A stretch of 64,000 nt of DNA from Obrimoposthia wandeli (GCA_977020255.1 CDROCS010000550.1:186001-250000); one strand, 5' to 3'. Numbered from the stretch's first letter, positions 21,178 through 35,400 are shown. Numbers and translations are program-made. Notes: a model not told the origin generated them from the sequence alone.

Positions 21178-22737
21178 TGTTGGGGTTTCTTTTAAACTAG
21201 ATCCTCGTCTGGAGGCCTCAACGTGAGTTCTGTAACGATATGGCTTACAGATAGATGTGGCCTGCATATTCTTAATTTACTGAAGCTTAGTCTCAATATC
21301 TGAAGATTTCTATGTTTTTTGTTTTGTGGTGTTTACAGATAGTTGTATTTAGAATAATTGAAAGGGACCCTAAAACTAATGTGAAGTAGTGTAGGGCTGT
21401 AGTATCGAGCCAGTTAGGTCGGACTGGAGTTTAATTCAAAAAGAGTCTGGTTACTAACCTAGACCAAGAATATACGAAACAAAGTGGGAGCAAAGTGACG
21501 CTAACGATTCCCCTAAAATATATCAGGGCTAACACCGGGACTTGGAACACCGTCACTTGATTAGTTTACGGCTAGCCTATAGGTTAGTGGGTTCGTAACT
21601 TATGTAGAAGTGATATTCAAAGTGATAATCCTCGTATCTATGTACTGATTTATTCTAGTTCAATAAAATCGAATTAATCCCCGCTTAATTCACACTACAC
21701 TTTCCACAAAGTAGGGCGACACTCTATACTTTTATAATCAAGTTACTTCATTACTTCTTTACTTTATTTGCGATTATTTCACTAAACCACAACCTAATTT
21801 TACACTCCGTCCTCGCTATTACTTCCAATACAGTCAATGAAACTACGATTAATAATTTATCAAATGAGGACAATTTAAATACACTTTATCAACTACACTT
21901 TAAACACAGATTATCCGAGTACAATTGAATACAATTACCAGATGCTTAATGTGCATTTCTCGCACCAATTCGATCTCTGGATATCTGACTCTTTAATTCG
22001 CTTCGGTCCGATGTTCCACGCTCGTATTCAAAAACTTCCAGAACTCTTCTTATCCAGACACTGATGGGGACGACTTGATTGGCGGTTCTGAGTGATGTTA
22101 CCTGTTTCTATCTTATGGCTCCTTCTTCAAATCGTTTACTGGTCTCACGCCTGTTCGCTTCTTTTCTTTCGGCTACTGTTGCTTTTATTCTAGTTTCGAA
22201 CTGATTCTGTTTGTATGCTGCTTATGATCTGTCGCTATTTATATGAGATTTACCTTTCTTCGATACTAGCGATTTTGATTTCAATTCTTGCTCGTTTCGA
22301 TATCTCGCGTTCTGGTAACCAGATTGTCAAAAATTGTTAATTTTAATAAATAACGAATTCACCTTATTTCAATATTCCACTCCGCCGGATGTAGCGGTTC
22401 GCTAACTGTATCTATTCGAAATGCTTGGTTTTCCTTGTATCGTTCGAATACCGCCGATAATAACACTATTTATAGAATTTGCACTTTTGTGTCTCGTTTT
22501 CGCTTCTATGTTTTGATTTTCCTCTGTGCGTTTTTTAAATACATTGTTTTGATAATTATATACATATTTTATGACCTCTTCAAGGTCTTAATTTATCTAA
22601 CACACATTATTTGAATTTATTTCTAAAAAAATTTTTGTTTTAAATTTTTTTATTTTAACCTTTTCTATTTAAAGTTAAATTCTTATTATATATAAACTTA
22701 TTTTTTTTAATTTTATTTTACTTTTCCTAATCTAACA
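21178..22737 (-). mobile_element. Solo LTR, 1560 bp
   Basis: TGT...ACA termini with 4-bp TSD AATG (21174-21177, 22738-22741). Strand inferred from a TATAAATA on the minus strand. Confidence 0.85.
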
Positions 22738-22858
22738 AATGACGTTGTACAGAAATTATAAATATGAACTTAGTTATATCAGAATGAAAAAATTCTGGGA
22801 ACTAATCGGACTATTGGATTTATTCGGTAAGCTTAATATGTGCCGTTAATGATTATAG

Positions 22859-24183
22859 TGTTAGAAATGAGAATAATAAAATTATTAAAATGGTTATTTA
22901 TGCTAGATGAATAACCTATTCATTTTAAATTAAAAAATTAATGTAAATCAAAATTAAAATAAATTATCAAATTAAAGCACGAAAATTGGGACCTTGACAA
23001 GGTCATGAAAGTGTGTTTCTAATCTGGGAGAAGTGTGGAAGGATGCCATGGAAGATTGAAGCAGGAGCTTGAGGGGCCAACTGGTTTTCATGGTGGAAAT
23101 TCACATTGCAATTATCGGCGAAGGTCAGTTACGGGGAGTCACCATTTACAGCAGCGGTACCCGGCCGACTATGGCCCAATTCAACAAACTGACTGCAGCG
23201 GCATCGAAATTGCTGAGCAAATAATCAAATTTATTTGAAGTGAAATTTAATTAAGTTGGATCGAAACAAACGAGTCGCAAATCGAGAGCATTTGGATTAA
23301 GAACTCGACGGTGGAATTGTTGAGCAAAGAATCAAAGGAAACGAAATAGACTGTCAGACGGAACTCAAATATTGGAATTGCAGTTGGATCAAACTAAGAA
23401 ACAGAACTTCAACCAGATCAAAACTAAATACTGAAACTCGGAACTGAATATCACAAAAACGAGCACAGATCATAATCAGACCAATATATTGATGAGAAAT
23501 TGAGAACAAGTAAACTAGTAAACAGTAATCATACTCTATTGAAATACTCTATGTAACTCTAAATTAAAAAAGAGTAATCATGTTATTGCAGCTCGAAATT
23601 AATCAGTATTCATATTTTAGTTAAGAGGTGTCACCGTTAAAGAGGTAACCGCTATAGTATTTTTTGAATATCTATCAGAGAATTAGTAATCAATTTAAGA
23701 GAATCCTCCGTTGGAAAACCTGTATATTTTAATGTGTAATCTCTTTTCGTTTAAATCAAATAAATTAATCCCAAATTACGCAAAAATACCGTATGCGTTT
23801 TAAGGAATTATCCTTGATTTCAGACAGGTTTACGAAAACCATTAAAACACGTTACAAGCCGAGAATTAATCAGTGAGACAATAACCTGATGTATGCAGAC
23901 ACTGATTGAGTCCGGATTATTTTGCCTTTTTCTGGTCTTGGCTTTGCCAGACCATTTTTGAATCCAATATCGAATTTTGTCTAACCAGCTTATTGATTCA
24001 GCCTCACACCACACAACAATAGTTTAGGGACTCTTAATTATCCTGTACACAACTCTTTAAAACATCACAAAAACCTTCAGCGACTAGAGCAGGTAGGCCA
24101 CATTCATCTGTAAGCCATATTGCTACAGAACTCACGTGAGGGCCTCTGTACGACGATTCAAAATTTAAAAGAAATTCTCAACA
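22859..24183 (+). mobile_element. Solo LTR, same family, opposite orientation
   Basis: TGTTAG...CTCAACA; flanks ATAG/ATTG (one mismatch); shares the CTACAGAACTCACGT and AAGGTCATGAAAG blocks. Confidence 0.75.
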
Positions 24184-25910
24184 ATTGAAGAAAAAAAAGT
24201 TTCAGAAATTAAAGATAACAGAAGTTGGAAAGTTTCGAAAAAAATCAACGATAATATTATTTAATCTAAATAGTTCTATAAACTGTGTTGTTACCACTTC
24301 TAATCAAGCGGGAAATATGGCACGTGAATAATTGATCTTATCATACACATTTAACTCAATTTTGATATGCATCGTTACACCAAAACTCGCAAAGTTTTGT
24401 TTTGATTGAGGTCGTATAGAAAAATGTAAGCATAACTATAAATACCAAGCAGTGTTTATGAAAGTTAATTGAGCGGTCACTCAATTTTCAAGTTGAGGGA
24501 CGCGAGGAAATTATCTGGAAATTATTCAATAATAGAGAAAATAAATCGGTATTAACGGATGACTTGTAACGATGTTGGGATTGGGAATTAATTTCTGTCG
24601 AACCTTTCGTCGTCGTTGGAAAAGAGCAGAAGAAAAGCAGGACAACATCACATACACTTCAAGAAGAGACCGTTCGCAGTGATTGTTGTTTAGTTAATTC
24701 GAGTAATTGGTCACATTGCTGCCTAGAATAGGACCGATAACTCCAGGGAAATTAGGAATATACAGAAGTGGCAGTAGAAACAGCAACAACAATAATAAGA
24801 GAACAATGTTTCTGTGTAAGAAGGAAAGGCAGCGAGTTACATGGTGAGTGATAATATGAATATTGAAGGGTAATTGAATTATCATTTCTCCGATGAGATG
24901 ATAGAATTATGACTGTATGGTACGTGTACATGGGGCAAGTGGGTGCGAATATATGCACACAGTGGCCATCTGTGAAGCAGAAGAGGATTTGACATTGATA
25001 CACCCATCAGGATGAATTAAGTTGAGAAGATAATGTCTAAGATGATGATGGTGGCAGGGGTGGTCGTCATAATCACGGAGCTACGATGACGTCTGTACTT
25101 GCTGATAATTCCGTGGGTGACCTAACGATCGTAGGGGTCGGCATCATTGACTCTTTCAGCATAGATTATTATCGGATAATTTCAACAATTCAAATTTTAA
25201 ACTCCAGTAAAAAAGCTTTCAAAATATCAAACAAATAATCAAAAATAATAATGATATAGTTAAACAATGAAATTAAATCAATGTATATAGTTGGTTATTT
25301 AATTTATACAAGTCATCTGAAGCCCAAGTCCAAAAATAGTAAAACGTTAAAAAAATATTTTTCTTTATTAGATCTTCTTTGAAAATTTAACCCATATTCG
25401 AAAACAAAATTCTCGAATAATTAAAGGATAATGTAAAAATTAATCCTTATCATGTAACTATAATTGCATTGTGATCACTGATCAAACTAGGAATATTTAA
25501 AATGAAAAACAAAATTAGAAATTAGAAAAAATGTAATATTAAATATTTTGAAAAAACACAAGATTTTAAAATCCAAACATAAAATGTTATTTATTATTAA
25601 AATTTTGTGAATTTCTTAAAATATTCAAGAATGCTCAAGAACGTCCCTTTGTCTTTATCCATCGAAACGATTGCAATTGATAGGTGATGCCGTACACATG
25701 TGGTGACTTTTTTTCTAACAACGCAAATCAGCTAAGATATCTATACTATTTGAGCATTTAAATAGATAAAAAATCTAAAAATAGTGAACACAAAAAAATT
25801 GTTTCATATTAAAGAAAAATTAGGTTTATATTTGTTCCAATTTTTATATTATTAAATATTTTCAATAGTCGTCTTGGTTCAGTTAAATCAAACAACGCTA
25901 GTTGTTTCTT

Positions 25911-26268
25911 TCAGAATTTTATTTTCTTGAAGCTACCATAGAGCATTTAAAGATCAAACAAAATTTATCTAATTTTTTTAAACTAATTAATTTGCTATAT
26001 TAAAACTATTTTTGAAATATATGATTAAATAATAAATATAAAATAAATCTAAAGAGTTAATCCGTAGAAAATATAATTGGGGTTTGAGTCAGAATTTTAT
26101 TTTCTTGAAGCTACCATAGAGCATTTAAAGATCAAACAAAATTTATCTAATTTTTTTCAACTAATTAATTTGCTATATTAAAACTATTTTTGAAATATAT
26201 GATTAAATAATAAATATAAAATAAATCTAAAGAGTTAATCCGTAGAAAATATAATTGGGGTTTGAGTC
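25911..26268. repeat. Near-perfect 178-bp tandem duplication
   Basis: Copies start at 25911 and 26089. Confidence 0.9.
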
Positions 26269-28049
26269 CAAATAGTTGTTAAAATTTCCACTAAACCGAA
26301 AACGCATATATAACTTTTTTATCTTCTTTTCATGCCTATGGATCTTAACACAATTCAAAACATTTTTCAAATAAACTAATCAACTATTAAAATACTACGT
26401 TTACTTCGAAACATAATTTTAAAAACAGACAAATTTTATTTTTGAGCAGTCAATTTTATTTAAGAATAAGAAATTGGAAAAAGAAGTAAGTTAAATAATC
26501 CAAAACATATATTCAAATTTAATCTTTAATTGATGCAGCAGTTGAATTCTTCGAGTGACCCCTTTTCTTCTTTTTATACTGTTCATATTTGGATACAAGT
26601 CTGTTAGGAAAAGCAATAACTACAATATAGAAGAACATGTCAAAGATAAATGGACATAATATTTCCCCATTCTTTCATTAATTAATCGGTTAAATTCAGT
26701 AAGCTCCGATCGTTTTCTTTAGTCTTCAGCTATAAAAACATTTAACGACAATTATTGTAATTTTGCTTAATCGAAAAAAATGTCATCGCCTGTATCCAAT
26801 CATTGTTGTTTACATCAGTTATCAGTGTTTTCTTTGAATTTTATACAAAATATATCGATCTCTCGAATACTGATGTATCGATTTATTAGTTACACAGATA
26901 AAACTTCCCACTGTTAGACGTCATCTGAAAGTACCGACCCTTTCAATATGGGCGTTCGTTAATTCAACTGAATTATTGGTTCATGGAATTGATAATGAAC
27001 CAAATATTTTTTAATGTATTCATTGTGTCTTGATAAAAATATCCATTCAACATTTATTTAAAAAATTATTCATCATTTGATGAAAGATATAAATTTTTTA
27101 ATTCTTCGATTTTCCTATGTTTTTATATGTTCTAAAATCCGATTTTTGCTTAATTGATTATTTGAAAAATAACAAATATACTGCTTTAAAAAGTTGTCTG
27201 GTGCTAAAAAAATTATTTAAATCGTAAAAAATGATTTAGCCGGCAAAAATTAATTTGACTGCTATAAAATTGAGTTTCCATTCATTAACATTTTATCTAT
27301 TGAGTACATTTTAAAATAAATAGCCTACTAAGATGATAAACTTCTTTAATTTTCATAAAACTTCTGAAATACATAAATATTCAAATTTAGTTTTTTAGTT
27401 TTAGTCGAATTCGATGTTTTAATATTTTAACGATTTCTTGCACATATTTTAAAAAGTAAATTTTTTACTCAAGTTAAGGTTTTTTAAGGCCATTCTTGTT
27501 GAAATAAATATCTCATGATTTTTCCCGGGTCACTATGGTTTTATCATTCATGAAAGTGTTTTAACACAAACTTTTGCTGGTTTAAAAATTGTAATTTTTG
27601 GCAAACGTTTGGAAATAAGGTTTATATTTCTTTCAAATCTCTTTTAATATTGCTTAATAAAAATTCATTTATATTTATTGTTTTGGCTACAAGAATTAGT
27701 GATCAGATTAAGGCTGAATGTGGTCTGTTTCGGAAGAAGTTAGTGTTAGTGCACGGCAATTAAAATTGAAAATAAATCGAGGTATTATTAGATATATAAA
27801 AAAGCTTGACTATAAAATTAAAATTAAAATTAATAACAGTTATGTAATCAGAAACCGGAATTATCTTACTTTCAATAATTTGTTTAAAAACTTGAATTTA
27901 ATATTCAAAATATAAATTGTGTTGTGAAATCGAAGTCTTGAATTATGTCTACGATAGAAAACATAACTGGCGACCACGCCGATATAAATGTAGTGACAAG
28001 AAGTCAATCAAAGAAGAATATCCTCGAGACTATGCCTAAAGAATAAAGA

Positions 28050-29053
28050 ATGATGTTCCAGTATAACATAAGAAGATACGATGGAATGAGTTCAAAGGAA
28101 GGTGAACAATGGTTAAAGGATATAGGAGAATGGGTTTGCGCAAATCAGATTAATATTGGGGATGCATTTGAGTTGCTGTTGACCGAAGAAGCTGGATTAT
28201 TATGGAAAGAAGCCAGTGAAAGGTTAACTTCAGATATCGAAGTCAAAAAATGGTTTGAAGAAAATTTCCTAGAAAGCAAATCCATAGTTCGTCATTAGAG
28301 TGAAAAAAACTCGTTGAGGCTATTATGAAAAATAATATTAGCAAAGATGAGCTGACTGACGCTTTCATTAAAGATACCGTAAGAAGTGAAAAATTGAAGG
28401 AGCAGTTCTTATTAAAACCACAGATGCCAAAAGAAGAAATAGAGGCGTTAGCAAAGGTGTACAGCGAAATCGAGAAAAAGAATACCGTGATTGCACAAAT
28501 TCAGAATACGTATGCAAATACAGTAAAAAGAGAATACAATCGTCCTGACAACCGTCATTTCTCAAACAATACGAAGAAACCCCCAGTATCAGTACCAGTA
28601 TCAGTACATCAGGATCAAAGAATTTGTGTTAATGAAGAAAACATATACATAAATAGAAACGCCCAAAATCAAAATAATTTGAGACCATTGCCAAGGTTTT
28701 CCTTAAAACAAATAGCTAAAAGAAAATATAACTTAGCCAAGGTACTGCTTGTCACAAAAAGTGAAGAACTTCAGCCAGGAGCATGTTTTTGTTGTGGTGA
28801 AAAAGGTCATTTCCGAAATCAATGTCCTCTCAATCACAAATGTTTGATTTGCGGAAAAGAAGGTCACAATTTCAACAGCTGCTATATTTTAAAGAACTCA
28901 CATCAAACTTCAAGAGTACTTTGTAAAACAGTGAAAAGAAATAATCAAGATTTAGAAGATTGTAATAATGACGACATGATCATACATGATGTTAATCAGG
29001 GAAACGTGAGCGATCCCATTGCTCATATTTCATCGGTGGGATCAAGCATATAG
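28050..29053 (+). pseudogene. gag of the 131-bp-LTR element (split by a small deletion)
   Basis: CFCCGEKGHFRNQC and CLICGKEGHNFNSC knuckles; the copy at 40325 retains the segment missing near 28290. Confidence 0.85.
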
Positions 29054-29186
29054 AACCAAAGCGGAATGGAAAGATGTATATGAAGAATGATAGTCGTGAA
29101 TGGAGTATAATGAAGATTAATGATGTAGATGTGGAAATGCTGTGGGACTCCGGAGCATCAGTTACTGTAATGAGTAAGGATTGTGT

Positions 29187-31134
29187 TGTTGGGGTTTCTA
29201 TATGAAACTTATATAGATCCTCTTGAATGTGGAGGGCCCCAACGTGAGTTCTGTAGAAGTAGGTCTTAAAGTTGGTCGTGGCCTACTTAATGTTATGGTT
29301 GCCTGTCTCAATTGCTTATCTGAAGGTGTTTGTTTTTGATGTCTCTTAATCTGAAGGGTTTAAAACAATGCTTTCTAATGTAGGAAATCGTTTATTGTTA
29401 ACACACTAGATTAAACACAACAATACGTTTACGTACGTATTTTCTAAAAAGTTACAGTAAAAATTCCTAAGACTTCTGTAAGTCTCTACGCAAGTGGGGA
29501 TGAACCACGTATCGATTTTAAGCTTAGGTTTGCTTGGGCGCTAGAGTCTTTACTCTAAGACTGCGGACAATTTAAATTTTTATAGATTTTACAGAGCTGT
29601 TGCTCTAAAATTTGGAAATGAGTTTAGATGGTGGTTTAGGGTAGTTTACAGAGCTGGTACTCTAAAATTGTAAGTAGTTAACAGAGGTGTTGCTCTAAAA
29701 AGAGGGATAAGTTAGGACTTTTACTTTCAAGTTAGCAATATCGATATCCACTAAACTTTATAAATAGTCTTTATTATTACTTGGCTAGACTTTATAAATA
29801 GTCTTTCTTATTACTTTATTAGACTTTATAAATAGTCTTTCTTATTACTTTATTAGACTTTATAAATAGTCTTTCTTATTACTGACTTTATAAATAGTCT
29901 TTCTTATTACTGACTTTATAAATAGTCTTTCTTATTACTGACTTTATAAATAGTCTTTCTTATTACTGACTTTATAAATAGTCTTTCTTATTACTGACTT
30001 TATAAATAGTCTTTCTTATTACTGACTTTATAAATAGTCTTTCTTATTACTGACTTTATAAATAGTCTTTCTTATTACTGACTTTATAAATAGTCTTTCT
30101 TATTACTGACTTTATAAATAGTCTTTCTTATTACTGACTTTATAAATAGTCTTTCTTATTACTGACTTTATAAATAGTCTTTCTTATTACTGACTTTATA
30201 AATAGTCTTTCTTATTACTGACTTTATAAATAGTCTTTCTTATTACTAACTTTATAAATAGTCTTTCTTATTACTGACTTTATAAATTCAAAATCTTGCG
30301 GTATTTATACCTTTAGTTGCTGGTTTTATGAATCCTCTCGAATTGGTGAGACGGAGTTGAACGGCGAATTGGTGAGACAGAGTTGAACCGCGAATTGGTG
30401 AGACGGAGTTGAACTGCGAATTGGTGAGACGGAGTTAGACGGAGTTGAGAACTGTTTTAGTCTAGTTATTTGAGAATCCTCGCGATTTGTGAGACGGATT
30501 TGAGAACTGTCTTAGTCTAGTTATTTGAGAATCCTCGCGATTTGTGAGACGGAGTTGAGAACTGTCTTAGTCTACTGCTGATTGTTCTGCTAGCAGTATT
30601 GATTTGTCTGCAAAATGAGAATTTAATCGGAAAGTATGGGTGCGGTTCACCTGTTGTTTTCTTCCGAAGCACTGGGCGCTCCTTTTCTGACTTGGATTTT
30701 TTCTTTCTTTTTCTTTTTTCTGATTAAGAATAATTTGACTTATATAGTCTGAACTTCTTCTGGACACCTGCCAATCAGTTAATTAACTTCTTCTCGGCTT
30801 GGCTAATTTCCTGGCCTGCAAGGGTAGATAATCGATTGGCACTAAAAATGTGCTTACCTTTTTGCTGACGTGACGTGGTTGCTGACGTCAACTGAATTTC
30901 TTAATTTCCCTTGGTTTCTCTTAATTTTTTGCACTTTTGTTTTTTAATTTAACATTATATATACTCACGCATTTCACACGACCTTCGTGGTCTTCTAATA
31001 TTTATTTACCTATTTACTTTTAACATTTTAATTTTAAATTTTAATTTTATTTAATTTTAACCTTGTTTTCAAGGATTTTCATTTTAGTATAAATTCACTT
31101 AATTATTTAATTTTAACAAAACCTATTCCTAACA
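29187..31134 (-). mobile_element. Solo LTR, 1948 bp, inserted in the gypsy protease
   Basis: TGTTGGGG...CCTAACA with TSD GTGT; removing it restores protease SKDCVKKVG; TATATAA on the minus strand near 30745. Confidence 0.92.
29755..30290. repeat. 28-bp tandem array GACTTTATAAATAGTCTTTCTTATTACT (~18 units)
   Basis: Read directly from the sequence; lies inside the 29187 LTR. Confidence 0.95.
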
Positions 31135-33429
31135 GTGTGAAGAAAGTAGGATGTCACAAAATGAGAGAGAGTTCATATCTGAGTGCAGTTTTTTCGAATA
31201 ATCATCAACAATCTTTAGGTAGGTTTAATACTAAAGTGTTATGGAATGGAAAGGAGAAATTTTTGGAAATAATTGTTGTAGAATTGGCTACGAAAATTTG
31301 TTAATGAACAGGAGCTTACATCACCTTATCAACACCAAGCTAACGGTCTAGCAGAAAGAGTTATACGCATGGTAAGATATATGATTGTAACGGCAATAGT
31401 GTCTACTAAAACAGGAAAATTTTGGCACGATTTATTGCCACAAATGGAATTTGCTATAAATGCAACAGTAAATAGTTCTTCAAAATGTTTCACTGTTTGA
31501 GGTCATTTATGGAAGAAAAATAACATTCAAACATCAAATACAACAACAAGCTAAACATAAAATATCATTCAAGACGTAAGGAAGAACCAATAAACAAATT
31601 GTAGCTGAAAAGTTAAAGAAGTTAGATAATGAAAGAAGAGGGGAAAGGCTATTTAAAGTAAATGAAAATGTGCTTTTTAAAAAGGACCTAATTAAAAGAA
31701 GCAAGGATTTAAAAATAAAGTGACCAGTATGAAAGCCCATATATAATAATATAATTTTTGAGTCCACGACAGGTACCAATTCAGTTTCTAAGAGGAATAC
31801 TTCCCAGGAGAATTGAATGGCTGAAGAAGTATAAATTTGAATTGTGAAGGGGAAAGTTATGTAATCAGAAACTGGAATTATCTTACTTTCAATAATTTGT
31901 TTAAAAACTTGAATTTAATATTCAAAATATAAATTGTGTTGTGGAATCTAAATCTTGAATTATGTCTACGATAGAAAACATAACTATAACAATTTAAAAT
32001 TATAGATTAAGTAAAAATTAAAAATTGAATATGCCTATGAACTAAATATATATATATTGCGAGTAGATCAAATGTTAAGGCTCAGAAACAGTTCGAACTA
32101 TAATTGAGAATAATAAAATAAGAAGAAGCAATTACAACAAGAAGGAGCAATTGAGAAGCTACAGAAACAAGAGCAAGTAGATAAGAAGGAGTAATTAGAG
32201 AACTGCGAAACAAACTAAATTAGAGCGATATAATTATCAAGGCCGAGAGAAGAAAAATTTCAGCAACGACAGACAGTAGCCAATTGCAAGCCAGAGTTAG
32301 ACGAGGAATTGTAGCATAGTTATACAAAGTTCAATACCTGACTGTATGAAACATATCAAAATAGGAATCGAAGCGAGAAAGGACAGAAGCGGAGCAAGGA
32401 CAGAATCGAAGCAAGCAAATACAGAAGAGTTGTAGAGACAGTTTTTCTGAGAAGCGATCCCAAAATACTCATTTGCCATTTTGCCATTTGATTCACTTTT
32501 TAATTTTGAAATTTTATTAATTCGTTATTTTATCCATTTTAATTAATCCATCATCTTTATCATTTTGTCCATTCATAAATTTCCCATTGTAATCAATCCA
32601 TTGTTTATAAACTCCATGTAAACGATTTGAGTTATGTGAAACCTGAGCAAGTCATAACCTTATCTGAAGAAGTGCGGAGTTCATAACGATCTCATTAGTG
32701 TAGCTACTATAAACAATGGTAACTGTTATATTGTAAACATTTTTGTGAATCATTTTTCTGTTAACCTGTTCAGCCTGTAATAACTGAAAATGGTGTATTG
32801 AAGTATTTTGAATATTTAAGTAATTTAACTTGTTAATAATCCGAACCCTGGGTGGTGAGAACAAGTTTCTGAATCAGTTAAAACTTTTGATTATTTCGAC
32901 CGATATTGCTTTCGATTCTGTCTAATTAGGATAGTGTATAACAAACAACTTCATAGGGGAACTGAGATTCAACCTTCCTATTTAGTACCCATACCGTCCA
33001 TGGGAAAGGTTGGTTCGACACAGAGCAGCGTAACTCATAAACTGACAATTTTATTTGTCTAGGCTCAGCCAGACTATTTTTGTAGGGAATTTGTATTGAT
33101 TTGTGTAACTTGCTACGATTCAACCCCATACCACTCAACATTAGTTTTTGGGGAAATTATTTTATAAATTGTGTAGAACTCCACACAGCATAAAAGCATT
33201 CATATCAAAATGAGACCAGGTGGACCATGATTATCACTGAAACCAATTTATGTAAAATTCGCCTTGGGGTCTTAGTATGAGGAGTCCAAAGCCAGTTTAT
33301 GGAAAATTCCTACACTAATCACTGAATTCAGCGACTTTCACGGTTGCCAACATTTACCAGTAAAATGAGTTGAAGTTCAGAGTACCTTTTATTTCTCAAA
33401 CCTTGGTGTCTTCACGCCGATTTTCTACA

Positions 33430-33620
33430 CTTAAACAGATCAAAAGTTGTTCGAGAAACTACATGTTAAACAATACTGTTAATGTGCTCATCATAATTTC
33501 AATGAACAGTCCCGACGACCTCAGACAATTAAATCTCTTATAATATAAAGCTAGAATTAGAAAGAAAACATGATTATACCTGCCAGCAAGTTGGAGATAC
33601 CTCGAAGAGTAAAATAGACA
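33430..33620 (+). mobile_element. Possible Penelope-like element remnant (GIY-YIG C-terminus and 3' repeat); inverted homologue at ~37690-38000
   Basis: 33535-33620 matches the reverse complement of ~37735-37830. Nearby EKLHVK...NEQ and NVIY...DYSIL motifs; degenerate CTGATGAAGAG...CGACAAGCT on the minus strand near 37690-37712. Confidence 0.35.
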
Positions 33621-34242
33621 AATCAGCTAAAATCACTGAGCCAATCGCAAAGACTTGGAAAGAATTCAAGGACCGCAGACGCTTTCATGATCGCACAAAT
33701 ACTTTGAATGTTGTTAATGAAAAAAGATTGATTAAGGACGAGGAAGATCAATATAGGTGTTAGGTTTAGGAATTAGGAAATTAAAATAATTAGTCGATTT
33801 TATACTAAAATAAAAATCCTTGAAAGCAAGGTTGAAAATTAAATAAAATATTAATTTTAAAATTCAAAACTAAAATTATTGAAATTAAGATAAATATTAG
33901 GAGGACCACGAAGGTCGTGTATAGTGTGTGGTATATAAGGTTAGAATTAATTACTACAAAAGTGCAAAAAGGGAACAATATAAGAATACCAACGTCAGCA
34001 AATTAAGAAGTGCCAACGTAAGCAGAAAATCGACAAGAAGAAAAAGTAAGCACATTTACGTGCAATTGATTTTAATTACGAATTAACAGCTGCCGCCAAT
34101 TCCCGAGTTTCAATCGTTTGCTGATTGACAGCAAACCGTTTCAGCTGCCATCGACTATATAAGTCGCTGAAGTAAGTGGAAATTTGGTGATAGTGCTCAT
34201 TTGTAATAAATTATTTTAGATCACCTACCAAAGTCGACTGGG

Positions 34243-34713
34243 CATAATTGAAAAGACGATACAATAATTGAAAAGACGATACATAATTGAAAAGACGATA
34301 CAATAATTTAAAAGACGATACATAATTGAAAAGACGATACAATAATTGAAAAGACGATACGATAATTGAAAAGACGATACATAATTGAAAAGACGATACA
34401 ATAATTTAAAAGACGATACATAATTGAAAAGACGATACAATAATTGAAAAGACGATACAATAATTGAAAAGACGATACATAATTGAAAAGACGATACAAT
34501 AATTGAAAAGACGATACATAATTGAAAAAACGATACAATAATTGAAAAGACGATACAATAATTGAAAAGACGATACATAATTGAAAAGACGATACAATAA
34601 TTGAAAAGACGATACATAATTGAAAAGACGATACAATAATTGAAAAGACGATACAATAATTGAAAAGACGATACATAATTGAAAAGACGATACAATAATT
34701 GAAAAGACGATAC
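34243..34713. repeat. 19/20-bp tandem array A(A/C)TAATTGAAAAGACGATAC (~24 units)
   Basis: Read directly; explains the repetitive ORFs at 34225-34757. Confidence 0.95.
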
Positions 34714-34857
34714 AATTTGTTGAAAAAGAGACAGTTTGCGTTCAAGGACAGCTGCACAATTGTCGTCAGGAAGTCAACAGCGGCTACATTAAGCAGCGGA
34801 TCCAGTGCCGGATTAGACCTTAGTTGCAGAATAGGTGAGAAGACTCTTTAAAGCATA

Positions 34858-35400
34858 TTATTGTCCCTCGTTGACAATTAGGATATATTCATTGTCCCTC
34901 GTTGACAATTAGGATATATTTATTGTTCATCGTTGACAATTAGGATATATTCATTGTCCCTCGTTGACAATTAGGATATATTTATTGTCCATCGTTGACA
35001 ATTAGGATATATTCATTGTCCCTTGTTGACAATTAGGAATTTGTCTCGAATATTCATTGTCCCTTGTTGACAATTAGGATTGTAATTGTTTCAAATATTC
35101 ATTGTCCCTTGTTGACAATTAGGAATTGTTTCGAACATTCATTGTCCCACGTTGACAATTCGGATCGCATATTCATTGTCCCACGTTGACAATTCGGATC
35201 GCATACTCATTGTCCCACGTTGACAATTCGGATCGCATATTCATTGTCCCACGTTGACAATTCGGATCGCATACTCATTGTCCCACGTTGACAATTCGGA
35301 TCGCATATTCATTGTCCCACGTTGACAATTAGGATCGCATATTCATTGTCCATCGTTGACAATTAGGTTTTTATACGAATCATTGTCCACAGTTGACAAT
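34858..35400. repeat. 31-34-bp tandem array with internal inverted repeat ATTGTC-N7-GACAAT (~16 units)
   Basis: Read directly; units are contiguous with no unique spacers. Confidence 0.93.

Larger units (their letters stand above)
27838..31985 (+). mobile_element. Ty3/gypsy LTR retrotransposon with 131-bp LTRs, RT/RNase H deleted, interrupted by a solo LTR
   Basis: LTRs 27838-27968 and 31855-31985 with AGTTATGT...ACATAACT termini; 5-bp TSD ATAAC; PBS TGGCGACCACG overlapping the LTR by 1 nt; PPT GAAGGGGAA; gag with two CCHC knuckles; protease LWDSGAS; integrase remnant NGLAERVIR. Confidence 0.92.

Noticed and set aside
24565-25000. Possible LTR plus degenerate gag knuckles
   Set aside because: No second LTR or TSD, and the motifs are too eroded.
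34225-34757. Three overlapping ORFs with YRLFNY repeats
   Set aside because: Artefacts of the stop-poor 19/20-bp array.
34858-35400. CRISPR-like array of ~33-bp palindromic repeats
   Set aside because: Units are contiguous with no unique spacers, there are no cas genes, and the context is a eukaryotic LTR.
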